DNA of 64,000 nt from an uncultured Candidatus Rokubacteria bacterium (GCA_963771355.1 CAVYTA010000002.1:1-64000), one strand, 5' to 3'. Positions 9,697 through 21,391 are shown, counted from the first letter of the stretch. A program made the numbers and translations. The notes: generated by a model from the sequence alone, not told the origin.

Positions 9697-11897
9697 CTAT
9701 TGGGCCTCCACCGTCACAATACTGGAGGAACCCACGTTACCTCGTGCATCGTAGGCCTTTGCCTGGAGACTATACGCTTTCCCGCTGGCCGGGTTGGCCG
9801 CAGGCACCTGCCATTGGCAGGCATAGGGGGCTACGGTAGCCGAACACTTCAGGACGCCGTTGAGGTAAAACTCCACGCGCGTTACGCCGACATTATCCGA
9901 GGCGGTCGCCTGGATCGTGGCCTTCGTCTTGCGGACGACGGAGCTTCCATTCGTCGGCTGCGTAATGGACACCACAGGCGGCGTGGTATCCGCGCTGCCG
10001 GCGTTGCTGACGGTGACGTCCACGGGAGAGGACGTGACTGAAGTCCCGGAACCGTCATAGGCCTTCGCGACCCACCGGTGCGTGCCGTTCTGCGATTTCG
10101 TCGTATCCCAGGGATACTTGGACCACCGTCCCACCAAAAATGCCTACAAGGCTCCCGTTCAAAGTCAAATCGACACGAACGGCGGAGCTCGAGGCTGCTG
10201 CGGAGACGGTGACGGTCTGCTGCACCGTGCTCCCGGGCGTTGAGCTGATTGACACTGAGGCCGATGGCGGGTGCCGCCCCGGCGCCGATTGCCGCGGCCA
10301 CCCCAGCGTTCGCGGTCATTACCGAGCTCAGGAAATTGCCGTAGTCCCTGTCCTCCCCGCCCACCGCGAATCCAGACGAATTGGTGCCGGCGGCGATCCG
10401 CGCCTCGATCCCATCATAGGCATTGTCCTTGAGGACGTCAGCCCCCAGTTGCGCTTTTCGCCACGAGTCCTGCCATGCCCACCATTTGAGCCCGACAACC
10501 GTCGGCACTGAGAGGAGAAACGCCATGCGTGATGGATAATACGAAGCCCGCGCAGCCTGATTGGTCACTGTAAAATCATAGGCCACATTGTTGCTTGACG
10601 GACTATCAGGGTACGCGTATATCCCAGAATCGGGATTGGCCGTATACCCTTCCCAGGTCACAACCGGTTTGTCACCATAGTAGGCCTTTGTTTTGTCCGC
10701 GGTATTCTGACTGCTAATCATCGCGTTGAGCACATCAACCGACTCCCCGGCAGCTTGCAGGATCTGTTTCCTCGTGAGCCCGCCCCACCCGTTTAGCGAG
10801 GCCGGCCCCCACATGAGCTGATTGGGCGCGGCCGTACGGACCGCTGCCGTCACGACGGAGAAGTATTGATGTGCAATCTCGTAGAGGAAATCATCGAGGT
10901 CTTTCGTGACCCCTGGCGTGGCTCCCGCCAGGGTGGCGTTCGTCGTGCCCAGCCAGGCGGTATGGCGCCCATCTTCATCGAGCCAGCCGGTGCCCACACC
11001 CCAGCCGCCGGCACTGTCCCACGTCGTGTAGTTTGACCCCCACGCCGTGTTCAGGGCGCCAATCGTCGCGTAACGCCCCTGAAGGAATTCCCGCAATGCG
11101 TACTTTGTATAGACCTTGGTGTCGGTGTACGTCTGCCCCCACTTGACGCTGGACGCCGTGGCTGAGGATGCCGCAATGGCATACCACGAGGGATGCGGAT
11201 GGAGGCGTGCCGAGGGCACCTCTGGGCCCGGCCCGAATCCAAAGAGATCGTCCGCGTCGTCCACGCTGACGCCGATGCACCACGGCGAGTCGCCAGCCCA
11301 CCCCAGAAGGGATCGTTCACCACAAGAGCCGGCATGTAGGCGTCCACGTAGTTTGCATACGCTGGATCAAATACATCGGGGAACGAACGACTGATAAAGG
11401 AAAGGTAGAGGGAACGGCGTCTATAAGGTCTTTGTACGTTTCTCCTGCCAGTACATAACCGCCGGTGTTGCCAAATCCCTTTGACGTGGGTCGGGCCATA
11501 ATCATCGCGGGCATCTTCACGACACCGGCTCATAGGGGTACACATAGGCCGACGAGTACTCCGCGACGGAATTAAAGCCCCACGATGTCAGGCGCTTGGT
11601 CGCCTCGATGCCAAACGATGCCTGCGGGTTTGTCCCGCCGTATTTTGCCGCAAGATCGACAAACCGGGTATCGGCATTAATGTTGAAGACCCCGGTCATC
11701 CAGAATGCATTGCCCGCGGGCGTGACAAAGACCCACCGGTCGCCGAGTTTCCCGACCCGGAAGTACCCGGTTGCCCCACCCGGCACGGGCAGGGACGCAT
11801 AGCCGCCGTATTGATCGAGGGTCTGAGCCGTCGCCGCGGGGACAGGCAGGAAGAGAGACGACAGCAGGGTGAGCGCAAGGAGCCACCTGAGAGCCAT
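9697..11897 (-). CDS. Glycoside hydrolase copy B' with Ig-like domains (several frameshifts)
   Basis: ORFs 11517-11993, 11317-11520, 11051-11545, 9882-11264, 10055-10255 and 9697-10137 tile one GH50-like plus Big-domain protein. Confidence 0.7.
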
Positions 11898-11932
11898 TGG
11901 AGAACCTCCTCCACGTTGCGATGACCCTCGTT

Positions 11933-12022
11933 CCCTTCCTTCGACAGCCCGGCTGTCAGGCCCGATGCCTGACCCGTGGCTTTGCGCCCCCACCTCGCGG
12001 CGGGTTTGCCTTTTCGGGACGG
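11933..12022 (-). ncRNA. c-di-GMP-I (GEMM) riboswitch, second copy, C92U variant
   Basis: Reverse complement of 7097-7186. Confidence 0.9.
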
Positions 12023-12057
12023 GGCTTTCGCTCTTTGCCTCTGTGGCCTTTCAGAGC

Positions 12058-12073
12058 AGCAACGGGCGTGCCA
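12058..12073 (-). promoter_or_regulatory. Sigma-54 promoter (mirror copy)
   Basis: Reverse complement TGGCACGCCCGTTGCT. Confidence 0.8.
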
Positions 12074-12376
12074 CAAGTTTTCTTCTGTAAGACCAAGCGG
12101 TTACAATCCAGGCCACTTGAAGCCATGTGAGCGGATGGTTCGATCGTCGTAACAGTGTCATCTGGTCGACAGTGGGTCAATTCTGCGAGGAGGCGCCCGG
12201 GGCCGACTCTGACCCGCTCGGACTGCGGGGGACCTAGGGAGCTGCCCTGTTTCGAAGGTCTGAGCAAGGCGATGCCAGCCGATCAACCTCCGGCGTACCG
12301 CGGGCGGGCGAGCTCCTTGTGATCATGTCGGAGGGCAGAATAGTGGTCCGTGCCTTGCTGCCTCGCCCGACAGCTG

Positions 12377-14110
12377 TCAACGGATCCCACCGGTCGGGCC
12401 GCCGATTGCCGCGGCCACCCCTGCGTTTGCGCTCTTGACCGAGCTCAGGAAATTCCCGTAGTTCCGCTCTTCCCCGCCGGTCTTGTAGCCCCAGGGATCG
12501 GTGCCGATGGCGATCCGCGCCTCGACCCCATCGTAGGCATTGTCCTTCAGAGACGTCAGCCCCCAGTTGCGCTTCTCGCCCCACGAGTCCCGCCATGCCC
12601 ACCACTTGAGCCCGACAACCGTCTGTACCGACAGAAGAAAGGCCATACGTGTCGTGTAGTACGATGCCCGGGCGGCTTGATCGGCCACCGTAAACTTGAT
12701 AGGCCACATTGTCACTGAGCGGCTATTCAGGGTAGAGCGTAAATCCCAGAATCGAGATTGGCCGTGTACCCCTCCCAGGTCACAACGGGTTTATCACCGT
12801 AGTAGGCCTTCGTTTTGTCCGCGACATTCTGACTGCTAATCATCGCGTTCAGCACATCAACCGACTCGCCGGCGGCTTGCAGAATCTGTTTCCTCGTGAG
12901 CCCGCCCCACCCGTTGAGCGAGGCCGGGCCCCACATGAGCTGATGGCGCGGTCGCCCGGACCGCGGCCGCCACGATGGAGAAGTATTGATGCGCAATCTC
13001 GTAGAGGAAATCATCGAGGTCTTTCGTGACCCCTGGCGTGGCGCCCGCCAGGGTGGCGTCTCGCGCCAAGCCAGGCCGTGTGGCGCCCATCTTCATCGAG
13101 CCAGCCGGTGCCCACCCCCCAGCCGCCGGCACTGCCCCACGTCGTATAGTTTGACCCCCACGCCGTGTTCAGGGCGCCAATAGTCGCGTAACGCCCCTGA
13201 AGGAATCCCTGCAAGGCGTACTTCGTGTAGACCTTGGTGTCGGTGTACGTCTGCTTCCACTTCGCGCTGGACGCCTTCGCTGGGAATGCCGCCATGGCAA
13301 ATCACGAAGGATGCGGATGGAGGCGTGCCGAAGGCACCTCTGGGCCCGGCCCGAATCCAAAGAATCGTCCGCGTCGTCCACGCTGACGCCGATGCACCAC
13401 GGCAAGGTCGCCAGCCCACCCCAGAAGGGATCGCACCACAAGGGCCGGCATGTAGGCATTGACATACGTTGCGTACGCGGGATCAAATACGTCAGGGAAT
13501 GAACGACTCGCATAAGTATAGAGGGACCCAAGGAGTCGATCAGGTCCTTGAACGCGCCGCCTGCAGGCACATGACCCCCCGAGTTCCCGAGCTCCTCCTA
13601 GGTCGGGCGCGCCAAAATCATCGCGGGCATTTTCACGACACCCGCTCGATACGGGTACACATAGGCCGACGAGAACTCCGCGACGGAATTGAAGCCCCAC
13701 GATCTCAGGCGCTTGGTCGCCTGGATGCCAAACGATGCCTGCGGGTTTGTCCCGCCGTACTTCGCCGCAATATCGACAAACCGGGTATCGACATCAATGT
13801 TGAAGACCCCGGTCATCCAGAATGCATTGCCCGCGGGCGTGACAAATACCGACCGACTACCGAGTTTCCCGACCCGGAAGCGCCCCGTCGCGCCACCCGG
13901 CACGGGCAGGGATGTATAGCCGCCGTATTGATCGAGGGTCTGAGCTGTCGCCGCGGGGACAGGCAGGATCAGAGACGACAACAGCGCCAGCGCAAGGAAC
14001 CACCTGAGGGCTCTTGGAGAGCCTCCTCCATGCTGCCGGGGACCAGTGCACTCGATCGGCCTTGCTAGGATCCCGCTAGCGCTTGGACTCCTCTTCGCCG
14101 GGCGCTCCAT
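12377..14110 (-). pseudogene. Glycoside hydrolase copy A' (frameshifted)
   Basis: Same N- and C-termini as 5003-6742; broken into about 6 ORFs; also carries genuine substitutions (YKTGGEERNY versus YATGGEAGNY). Confidence 0.7.
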
Positions 14111-14334
14111 TGAAAGCCTCCTCCTCCTCCTGAGTCAGTGCCGATGATACAAGCCCCCGGAATGCCGAAAGAGGAACCGCTTAGCCCTCAGCCAGAATGT
14201 CTCTTGGGGTGGCCCGCGGGCGGCCGCGATCGACGGGGCTCCGGAATTCCACGGAAGCCAGTCTTCCAATGCAAGCGCTTACCGTAACTGTGCAAGGAAC
14301 GTCACAGATCATGCAACGCCGCTTCGTGCTCGCC

Positions 14335-14500
14335 AGGGCGCCTCACAGGAGCGTCAGATGCCGCGAGGGATGAGTACACGACTCACACCTCCTTGGCGAT
14401 GAATTTGTGTACGAATCCTCGACCCGCGCTGGGTCCGATGATTAGACTGCGACGAACCGCGGTGACGTGCACCAACAGGATGGTATAAGCGATGCTGGCC
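14335..14500 (-). pseudogene. Degenerate exosortase C-terminal remnant (mirror)
   Basis: Translates IGPSAGRGFVHKFIAKEV* versus IGPSAAQGFIHDSIAKGVW. Confidence 0.6.
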
Positions 14501-14690
14501 CTTCAGGACTCCATGAGGCCGCATGACGAACGGGGGCTATTGAACCCGGCCCTGCCGGAACGGCGTGACAATCGGCGGCGGCGCTCCTGAGGACCGTCCT
14601 CCTCCACCGCGATCTGAAGGTGTCCGCGGATGCCCCGGATGATCCCACCTCCTACGACCTATTAAGTAGTGGAAGCGAAGGGGGAGAGAG

Positions 14691-15345
14691 ATGAGTCGCG
14701 GCTCGATGACATGGTCGCTCCTCGGGGCCTGGCTGGCCGCCGTCGTGACCGTGGTCCCTGCCGGAGCCGACGAGTTCTCCCTGACGCGCTGTTTAGCCAC
14801 CGGCAGCGGGTCAAACTCGGTGCGGCCGTCGCATGCCCAGGGGATCGACATAGAACGTCACTTAGCCTGCTACGAAGCCCAGCGCGAGTACGAGCTCAGG
14901 CGCCAGGCCAAAGAGACGGTAGAGCGCGAGCACCAGCGCCGCGGCGGCGGAGGTGGAAGCGCGACGGCAGGCGGAGGCCCAGGCGAAGGAGACAGCCGAG
15001 CAGGCGGCCAAGGAGAAGAGCAGGGCGCGTCAGGAGGCCGCGCGCGCGCGTAAGGCCGAAGAGGTCGAGCGCGCGCGGAGGCCCGTGAGGCCAAAGAGAT
15101 CGACGCCGCCCGTCGGATCGAGGCCCAGCAGGAGACTGAGCGCGCCCGGCGTGCCGCGCACAGGAGCGCGCGGAGCAATTCATGCCCCGAGCGTGCGCGA
15201 CGCCAGATCTGATCGCCAAGTGCGCGATGTCACAGGACCCAGTACTGGAGCAGATCAGGAAATCCCAGGAGAACGCAGCGAGAGGCAGGCCGAGTCGATG
15301 AACGCCGGCGAGGCCATGGAAGTGTCACTTCGCCGAAAAGCCTGA
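14691..15345 (+). CDS. Secreted coiled-coil protein (frameshifted), paralog of 3652-4396
   Basis: ORFs 14691-15053 and 14953-15345; signal peptide. Confidence 0.55.
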
Positions 15346-15411
15346 CGCCTTGACAACGGGCGGGTATGTTCATTGTGTTCGAGCCTGCCTGCGTGATCGC
15401 GGGCTCAGGCC

Positions 15412-16284
15412 TTGAACCAAACAACTCTTCTCAAGCTCATAGTCTCGGGACTCATCCTGGCGCCCCTCTACGCGCCCGTCGCCCGAGACCTTGCCCAGGC
15501 CTGGTGGACGCATCAGTACGCGGGGCATGGGCCCTTGGTCCCTGCGTTTAGCGCGTTCGTGCTCTGGACCGATCGAGCCCGGATCCGAGCCGCCGCCACG
15601 CCGGGGCACGTGATCGGCCTTGCGGTCATCCTGCTGGCGCTGGGACTCCTCTTCGCCGGGCGCTCGACCGCAAGCCTCCTCCTGCAGGGTGTGTCCCTCG
15701 TCATGTGTCTGGCGGGTATGGTGCTCTGGATCCTCGGGCCGCGAACGTTGCAGGCCGCGGCCTTCCCCGTCGCATTCCTTCTATTCATGCTGCCCCTCCC
15801 GAGCCCGGTGGTCAGCGCCGTGACCGAGGACTTGCAGCTCTTCGCGGCGTGGATCGCTGGGGCGGCGCTCGATGCTTTTGACGTCCCCTTCTTTCTGGAC
15901 GGCGTACAGATCCAGCTTCCCGGCATCACGCTGGCCGTGGCCACGGTCTGCAACGGGCTCCGCTTCCTGTTGGCGCTCCTGGTGGTGACCATCGCCTTCG
16001 CCCACCTGAGCCAGCGGAGTCTGCCGCGCAAGCTGATCCTGATAGCCTCGGCGCTCCCGATCGCCATCCTGGCCAACGCGGTCCGCGTTGCCACAATTGC
16101 CCTCGCTGCGTACTATATCGGGCCCAGCGCGGCGCAAGGCTTCATCCATGACTCCATCGCCAAGGGTGTGTGGGCCATTACCCTCGTGCCGCTCGTCATT
16201 TTGGCGTTCATCCTGCGACGCGGTGGTGAAAGCCCACGCCTCGAAGCATCTCATTCGGTACCACTCGGAGGGGCGTCACGATGA
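15412..16284 (+). CDS. Exosortase family protein (intact, no EpsI domain)
   Basis: Multi-TM; AVATVCNGLRFL, ANAVR, FIHD triad motifs. Confidence 0.9.
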   Translation: MNQTTLLKLIVSGLILAPLYAPVARDLAQAWWTHQYAGHGPLVPAFSAFVLWTDRARIRAAATPGHVIGLAVILLALGLLFAGRSTASLLLQGVSLVMCLAGMVLWILGPRTLQAAAFPVAFLLFMLPLPSPVVSAVTEDLQLFAAWIAGAALDAFDVPFFLDGVQIQLPGITLAVATVCNGLRFLLALLVVTIAFAHLSQRSLPRKLILIASALPIAILANAVRVATIALAAYYIGPSAAQGFIHDSIAKGVWAITLVPLVILAFILRRGGESPRLEASHSVPLGGASR

Positions 16285-18459
16285 AGCGTGGGTCCTCCGC
16301 CTATTTTCTGCTTTTACTCGTTGGGCTCGCGTTCCTCAGCCTCAGCTGCTCCCGGAGCCCCGAGGCCACGAAGGCCAGGCACTGGCAGCGCGGACTGAGT
16401 TTCGCGGAGAAGGAAAAGACCGCGAAGCCATCCTCGAATTCCGTAGATTCCTCGTCCTCGACCCCAACCACGCCGAGGCCTACTACCGGATCGGGCTCGC
16501 CGCCTTCAAGCTCGGGGAGGGCTCGCTCGCGCAAACAGCCCTGACCAAGAGCCTGGAGCTGAACCCGGAGCAACCAGATGCCAGGTTGAAGCTCGCCACC
16601 GTGCTCATCGCCAGGCGGGATTGGGCCAAGGCCCGCGACCAGATTCAGACCGTCCAGGCGAAGGATGCAACAAATCATGACGCCCGGCTTCTCATGGCTG
16701 CCGTCTACGAAGGGGAAGGAGACCGAAAGCGCGCAATCGCAGAGCTGGCCCCCATCGTGGAGAACAGGCCTGATGATGCTCGAAGTCATGCTGCTCTGGG
16801 CGAGCTTCTGCGGGCACAGGAGGATAATCAGGGCGCGGAGAAGCATATGCTCGAGGCCATTCGCCTCGCCCCCACCAAGATCGAGTATCGCCTGGCCCTG
16901 GCGAACCACTATCGCAGGCTCGGACAAGCAGCTCGAGCCGAGGCAACCTACAAGGAAACTCTCAAGATCGATGATCCTGCCTCCGCCCCGGTCAAGCTGG
17001 CGCTGGCGGACTTCTACGACAGTCAGCAGCGCTGGGCGGAGGCCGAGGCGCTTTTACTCGAGATGCTCGCCAAGAACCCGGACAACGTCCGGGCCCGTCA
17101 CGGACTGATCAGCGTGCTACTGAAAGAAGGGAAACTGTCCGATGCGAGAAGGGAGCTGAAGACGCTTCTTGCCAAGAATCCCTCGGATGTGGAGGGGCAC
17201 TATTACCTGGGGCGACTCGAGCTGCGTGAGAATCACCTCCAAGAGGCCATCCAGGAGTTCCTCCAAGCGGTGAAGCTCGAGCCGCGGCTGGCCCGAGCCC
17301 ACCACAGCCTTGGGCTGGCGTACCTCCGGAGTGGAAATCTTCCCCAGGCGAGACAGGCCTTCAGGGCAGCTCTCAACGCTGCCCCAGACTCCATCGAGTC
17401 AGCGTTGCAGCTAGCCGAGTCGGACCTCCGGCAGGCGCTACGCAGCCAGCGATCGAGGGCTTGGAAAGGCTAATTGCAAAGCGACCCGATACAGTCCACG
17501 CGTATGTGCTATTGGGCTCAGCGTACCTGGCGAAAAGAGAGGCCGTCAAGGCAACCGAGATTTATCGCAAGCTGTTGAAGCTGGCGCCCAAGGACCCGCA
17601 GGGTCCCTACCTTGTCGGGGTTGGCCTCCGCGCTCAAGGGAAAACGCCTGAGGCCAAGAAGCACTTCGAGACGGCTCTCGATCTTGCGCCCGCTCATGTG
17701 CCTGCGCTCGAGCAGCTAGTCTCCATGGCGCTCGCCGAGAAGCAACCCGACGCCGCTCTCGAGCGCGTCAAGAGGCAGCTCGCACTTGCTCCGAAGTCCC
17801 CGCAACTTTATTCCGAATTGGGGCGGGTCCATGAAGCAAGAAAGGAAACCGGCCTCGCCGAGACCGCTTATTTGAAGGCCCTCGAGCTGGAGCCACGGAT
17901 GTTCAGCGCATTCATGCGGTTGGCAAATCTTTACTCAAGTTCAGGGCAGTACGATCAAGGAATCGCGAAGCTGAATGGCGCGCTCAAACTGGACCCGAAG
18001 AATGTGGTCGCGCTCACGGTTCTGGGCCTTCTGTACCAGCAGAAGGGTGAAATGCAGAACGCACAACGGGCCTACGAACAGGCGCTGGCGATCAATCCCC
18101 GGCTCGCCCCCGCGGCGAACAACCTTGCCTGGATCTACTCCGAGTACGGGGGCGACAAGGAGAAGGCACTTCAGCTCGCTCAGACGGCCAGGGAGGCGCT
18201 CCCAGAGGACCCCGGCATCTCGGACACCCTCGGGTGGATCCTCTACAAGCGAGGCGTCTACCAACGCGCCTTGAGCTTGTTGCAGGAGAGCGCGGGCAAG
18301 ATGCCCGCGAACGCCGAGGTGCAGTACCACCTGGGGATGACGCACTTCAAGCTGGGCAACAAGGCAGCGGCGAAACAAGCACTCGCCGAGGCCCTGAAAC
18401 TGAGCCCGACATTCCAGGGAGCGGATGAGGCCAAGACAATCCTGGCCAAGATCGACTAG
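16281..18459 (+). CDS. PrsT-like TPR lipoprotein (frameshifts near 16418 and 17435)
   Basis: Lipobox LSLSC; collinear with 601-2787 but clearly diverged. Confidence 0.8.
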
Positions 18460-18570
18460 CTGGGGATCGCCGTCAATGCACTACATAGCCGCTGCAGTCT
18501 CATGCAGCAATCCTGCAACAGGATGCGACCCCATTGGCTCTAAACTATTGAAATATTGGACGGGAACCTG

Positions 18571-18586
18571 TGGCATGCTCCGTGCT
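18571..18586 (+). promoter_or_regulatory. Sigma-54 promoter of the PEP-CTERM gene
   Basis: TGGCAT-GCTCC-GTGCT; IHF-like TAAACTATTGAAAT at ~18541. Confidence 0.6.
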
Positions 18587-18640
18587 GCTAAACGGTCACC
18601 ACAGACGTCCGATCCCCATCACCAAGAGCAGGGAGGCATT

Positions 18641-19354
18641 ATGGAAGGACTGAGGAAGTGCGCAGGTAGGGCGGGGCTGATCGCGTTGATGGCGGTGTTG
18701 GCCGTCGGATCTTTTGCGATGAGCGCCGAGGCGTTGTTGACATATAACCTGGATCACGTGTTCTCCGGCGCCACACCGTCCGGCGGCACCCCGTACGCAA
18801 CCGCGACATTCCTAAGTACTGGGGCAAATGAGGTTACGCTGACGATGACGAACCTCCTTGGAAGCGGTCAGTTCATCACGGAGTGGGATTTCAACAGCAC
18901 GGTCACCAGCGGCCTCACGTTCACGTACGTCTCCGGGGCTGAAGCGGAGAGCGTGGGCTTGGGCAGCAATTCGTTCCAGGCTGATGGGGATGGAAAGTAT
19001 GACATCGAGTTCGATTTTCCCAGCAGTGAAGCCGACAGATTCACTGCCGGTACCTCGGCGTACACCATCACTGGTACTGGAATTACCGAAGCGACGTTTA
19101 GTGGGCTCAGCGCACCGGGCGGAGGCGCAGGAGGCCCCTTCCACACGGCCGCGCATGTCCAGGGGATTCCCGGCACGGGTGGGGGCACCTGCAGCGGATG
19201 GATTTCCGACACTGTAGCCGGCTCAGGTGGGAGTACCACCGGTCCGTGCACTGCAGTCGCGGAGCCGTCAGTTCTCCTCTTCAGTGGGCTCGGATTGGCA
19301 TTCGTGGGGGGCCTCTGGAGGCGGATGCGGAACATCTCGACGCGGCCTGTCTAA
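18641..19354 (+). CDS. PEP-CTERM sorting-signal protein (VAEP variant)
   Basis: Signal peptide; Gly/Ser/Thr-rich body with AAHVQG motif; C-terminus VAEPSVLLFSGLGLAFVGGLWRRMR. Confidence 0.85.
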   Translation: MEGLRKCAGRAGLIALMAVLAVGSFAMSAEALLTYNLDHVFSGATPSGGTPYATATFLSTGANEVTLTMTNLLGSGQFITEWDFNSTVTSGLTFTYVSGAEAESVGLGSNSFQADGDGKYDIEFDFPSSEADRFTAGTSAYTITGTGITEATFSGLSAPGGGAGGPFHTAAHVQGIPGTGGGTCSGWISDTVAGSGGSTTGPCTAVAEPSVLLFSGLGLAFVGGLWRRMRNISTRPV

Positions 19355-19378
19355 AGAATAAGACGCCCTGACCCCGCG

Positions 19379-19412
19379 ACCGCCCCCTTCTGTCTAGGCA
19401 GTTGGGGGCGGT
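19379..19412 (+). terminator. Putative intrinsic terminator hairpin
   Basis: ACCGCCCCC...GGGGGCGGT after the PEP-CTERM stop; weak U-tract. Confidence 0.4.
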
Positions 19413-19420
19413 GTGTGTGT

Positions 19421-19510
19421 ACCCAGCCGCGAGCGCTACGTGCGCGGCGTCCGCCACTTCGCCGCCGCCGCTTTTTGCGGCCCCCCGATCAGCTGACCCT
19501 CGACGAGACG
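19421..19510 (+). pseudogene. Tyrosine recombinase N-terminal (SAM-like) fragment
   Basis: RYVRGVRHFAA / FLRPPDQLTLDE resembles integrase N-termini. Confidence 0.45.
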
Positions 19511-19622
19511 ACGAAGACGCAGGCCGCGCTCAAGTCATGCTGAGGCGGGCAGCAAACGCCAGCGTGCCACGGCCAACGGCACCAAACGGACCGGCGCACG
19601 TGGCCTTGCCCCTTATCGGACG

Positions 19623-21238
19623 TCAGCGCTGTTGGCGCGGAGACTCCTTCAGGAGCCAGTCGATGATCGCGGAGGGATCCTGGGTCTCACGCTCCGGACG
19701 GGCCTCTTGACGGGAGGCAGCACCGCTCTCCGGCGCAGGCCTGACCGGGACACGGGACGTCGCTTCTGCGCGCTCCGCGGAGCCGGCGGTGGGGTCCTGA
19801 CCCTCTCTGACGGTGGCGGGGGCGTGCCCCGGACACGAGGCGTTCCCTGTGTGCCCTCCGGCGTCGAGGGTAGCGCGGTCCTGCTCGCCGGTGACGCCGG
19901 CACGGGCGGTGTGGCCCGGGGCATTACCGGGGTCCCCTCCCGCGCCAAGGACGGCGTGCTTGTGACGGCCGGTGGCGTCGGAGGAATCGGTTCGGTGCGC
20001 GGGACCGGCGGCGGGACCGGCGGGCTTATGACGACTTCCGCCGGTCGCCCGACCGCCGCCGGCTCGGGGACTCCCGCCGCTGGGACGCGCGGGGACTGAG
20101 CAGCCGGAGTGGCATGAATCACCGGCGCCACCGGCGGCGGGTCCGTCGCGCGGTACCGGGTGACCCAGGCGCCGAGCGCGATCACCGCTACGACCAGGGC
20201 ACCTATGCCCACCGTCCGCCACCGCGCCCGCGGCCACACGGCGCGCACTGGGCCCTCGACCGCGGGGATTGGGCGATCCGCCATTGGGGGATCCGCCACG
20301 GGGCGCTCCGTCGCCCGCTTGAGCTCCACCCACAGCGCGTTGACCACGGCACCCATGTCATGTGCTCGTGGCTCCGGCGACTTGACCAGGGCCTGCATCA
20401 CGAGCTCTCGGACTGCCGCGGGCACCTCGGGACCGAGCGTCCGCTCGGGGTGCGGGTCGGAGCCTTCGCTCTGGGGCCGCACCGCGCCGGTGAGCATCTG
20501 CATCAGGAGGCGGCCGAAAGCCTGGATATCCGCCTGCTCGGTCAAGCCTCCAGCCTTGAGACCCGCCCCTCCGAGGCGCGCGACCTCGAATCCCGTGAGC
20601 TTGACGGTGTCCTCCGCGCCGATCAGCACGTGCTCGGCGTCGAGGGCGCCGTGGATGAACACGAGATTATGGGCGGCCTGGAGGCCGTCGGCGATCTCGA
20701 AGGCCAGGCGCAGTGCGCGCTCGACGGGGAGCGCTCCCTCCTGGCCGATCACATCAGCCAGGCTGCGCCCGTCGAGAGGCTCCAGAACCAGGAAGTCCCG
20801 GCCGTCCGCCGTGCGGTCGCAGTCGTGCACGATGGCCACGTTGGGGCGGATCCGGGCGACGGCGCGCGTGACCGACAGCTCGGCCCGGAGGCGAGAGACG
20901 ATCTCGTCATCCAGCTCAATGCCGGCTGGCAGGAGCTTGAGGGTCACCTCGGCGCCCGTCTCCCCGTCATGCGCGATGTACAGATTGCCCGATGGCCCCG
21001 CGGCAAGCTGCCGCGACACTTGATACCGCGCCTTGATCGCGCGGCCGATCCAGGGATCCTGGGTGGCGTCGGCGCGGACAGAGGATCCCGGATCGGCGTC
21101 CAGGGTCGCGACCGGCTTCGCTTCACCGTCCTTTTCGCCGACCTCAAGGGCTCGATGGAGCTGCTCGTCGACCGCGATCCCGAGGAGGCGCGCAAGCTCC
21201 TTGACCCTGTCCTCGAGCGAAGGATTGGGCTCCATCAT
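19623..21238 (-). CDS. Membrane Ser/Thr pseudokinase with Pro-rich tail (frameshift near 19710)
   Basis: Hanks-kinase fold but IHGALDAEHV and TGFE replace HRDLKPEN and DFG; TM helix; C-terminal DPSAIIDWLL. Confidence 0.75.
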
Positions 21239-21391
21239 CCCTTACCTCCTCGGCGTGCCTGTGCGGCGAACCGAGCCGAGCCGGGGCTCCATGACCATCA
21301 CCGGGTTCCACTCCACCTGCGCGGTATCGCGGGGTCCGTGGGGGCCCAAGGCTAGCACGACTGCGGCCGTCCCAGATGCCCGAACTTTGCC

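Larger units (their letters stand above)
601..18459. repeat. Giant imperfect inverted repeat (~9 kb arms, centre ~9555)
   Basis: Mirror-image gene order TPR-exosortase-coiled coil-GH-A-riboswitch-GH-B; e.g. 7101-7110 is the reverse complement of 12009-12018 and the ATG at 5003 mirrors 14110. Confidence 0.95.

Noticed and set aside
5003..14110. Diversity-generating retroelement or shufflon acting on the GH copies
   Set aside because: No reverse transcriptase or intact recombinase; differences are not adenine-specific by eye
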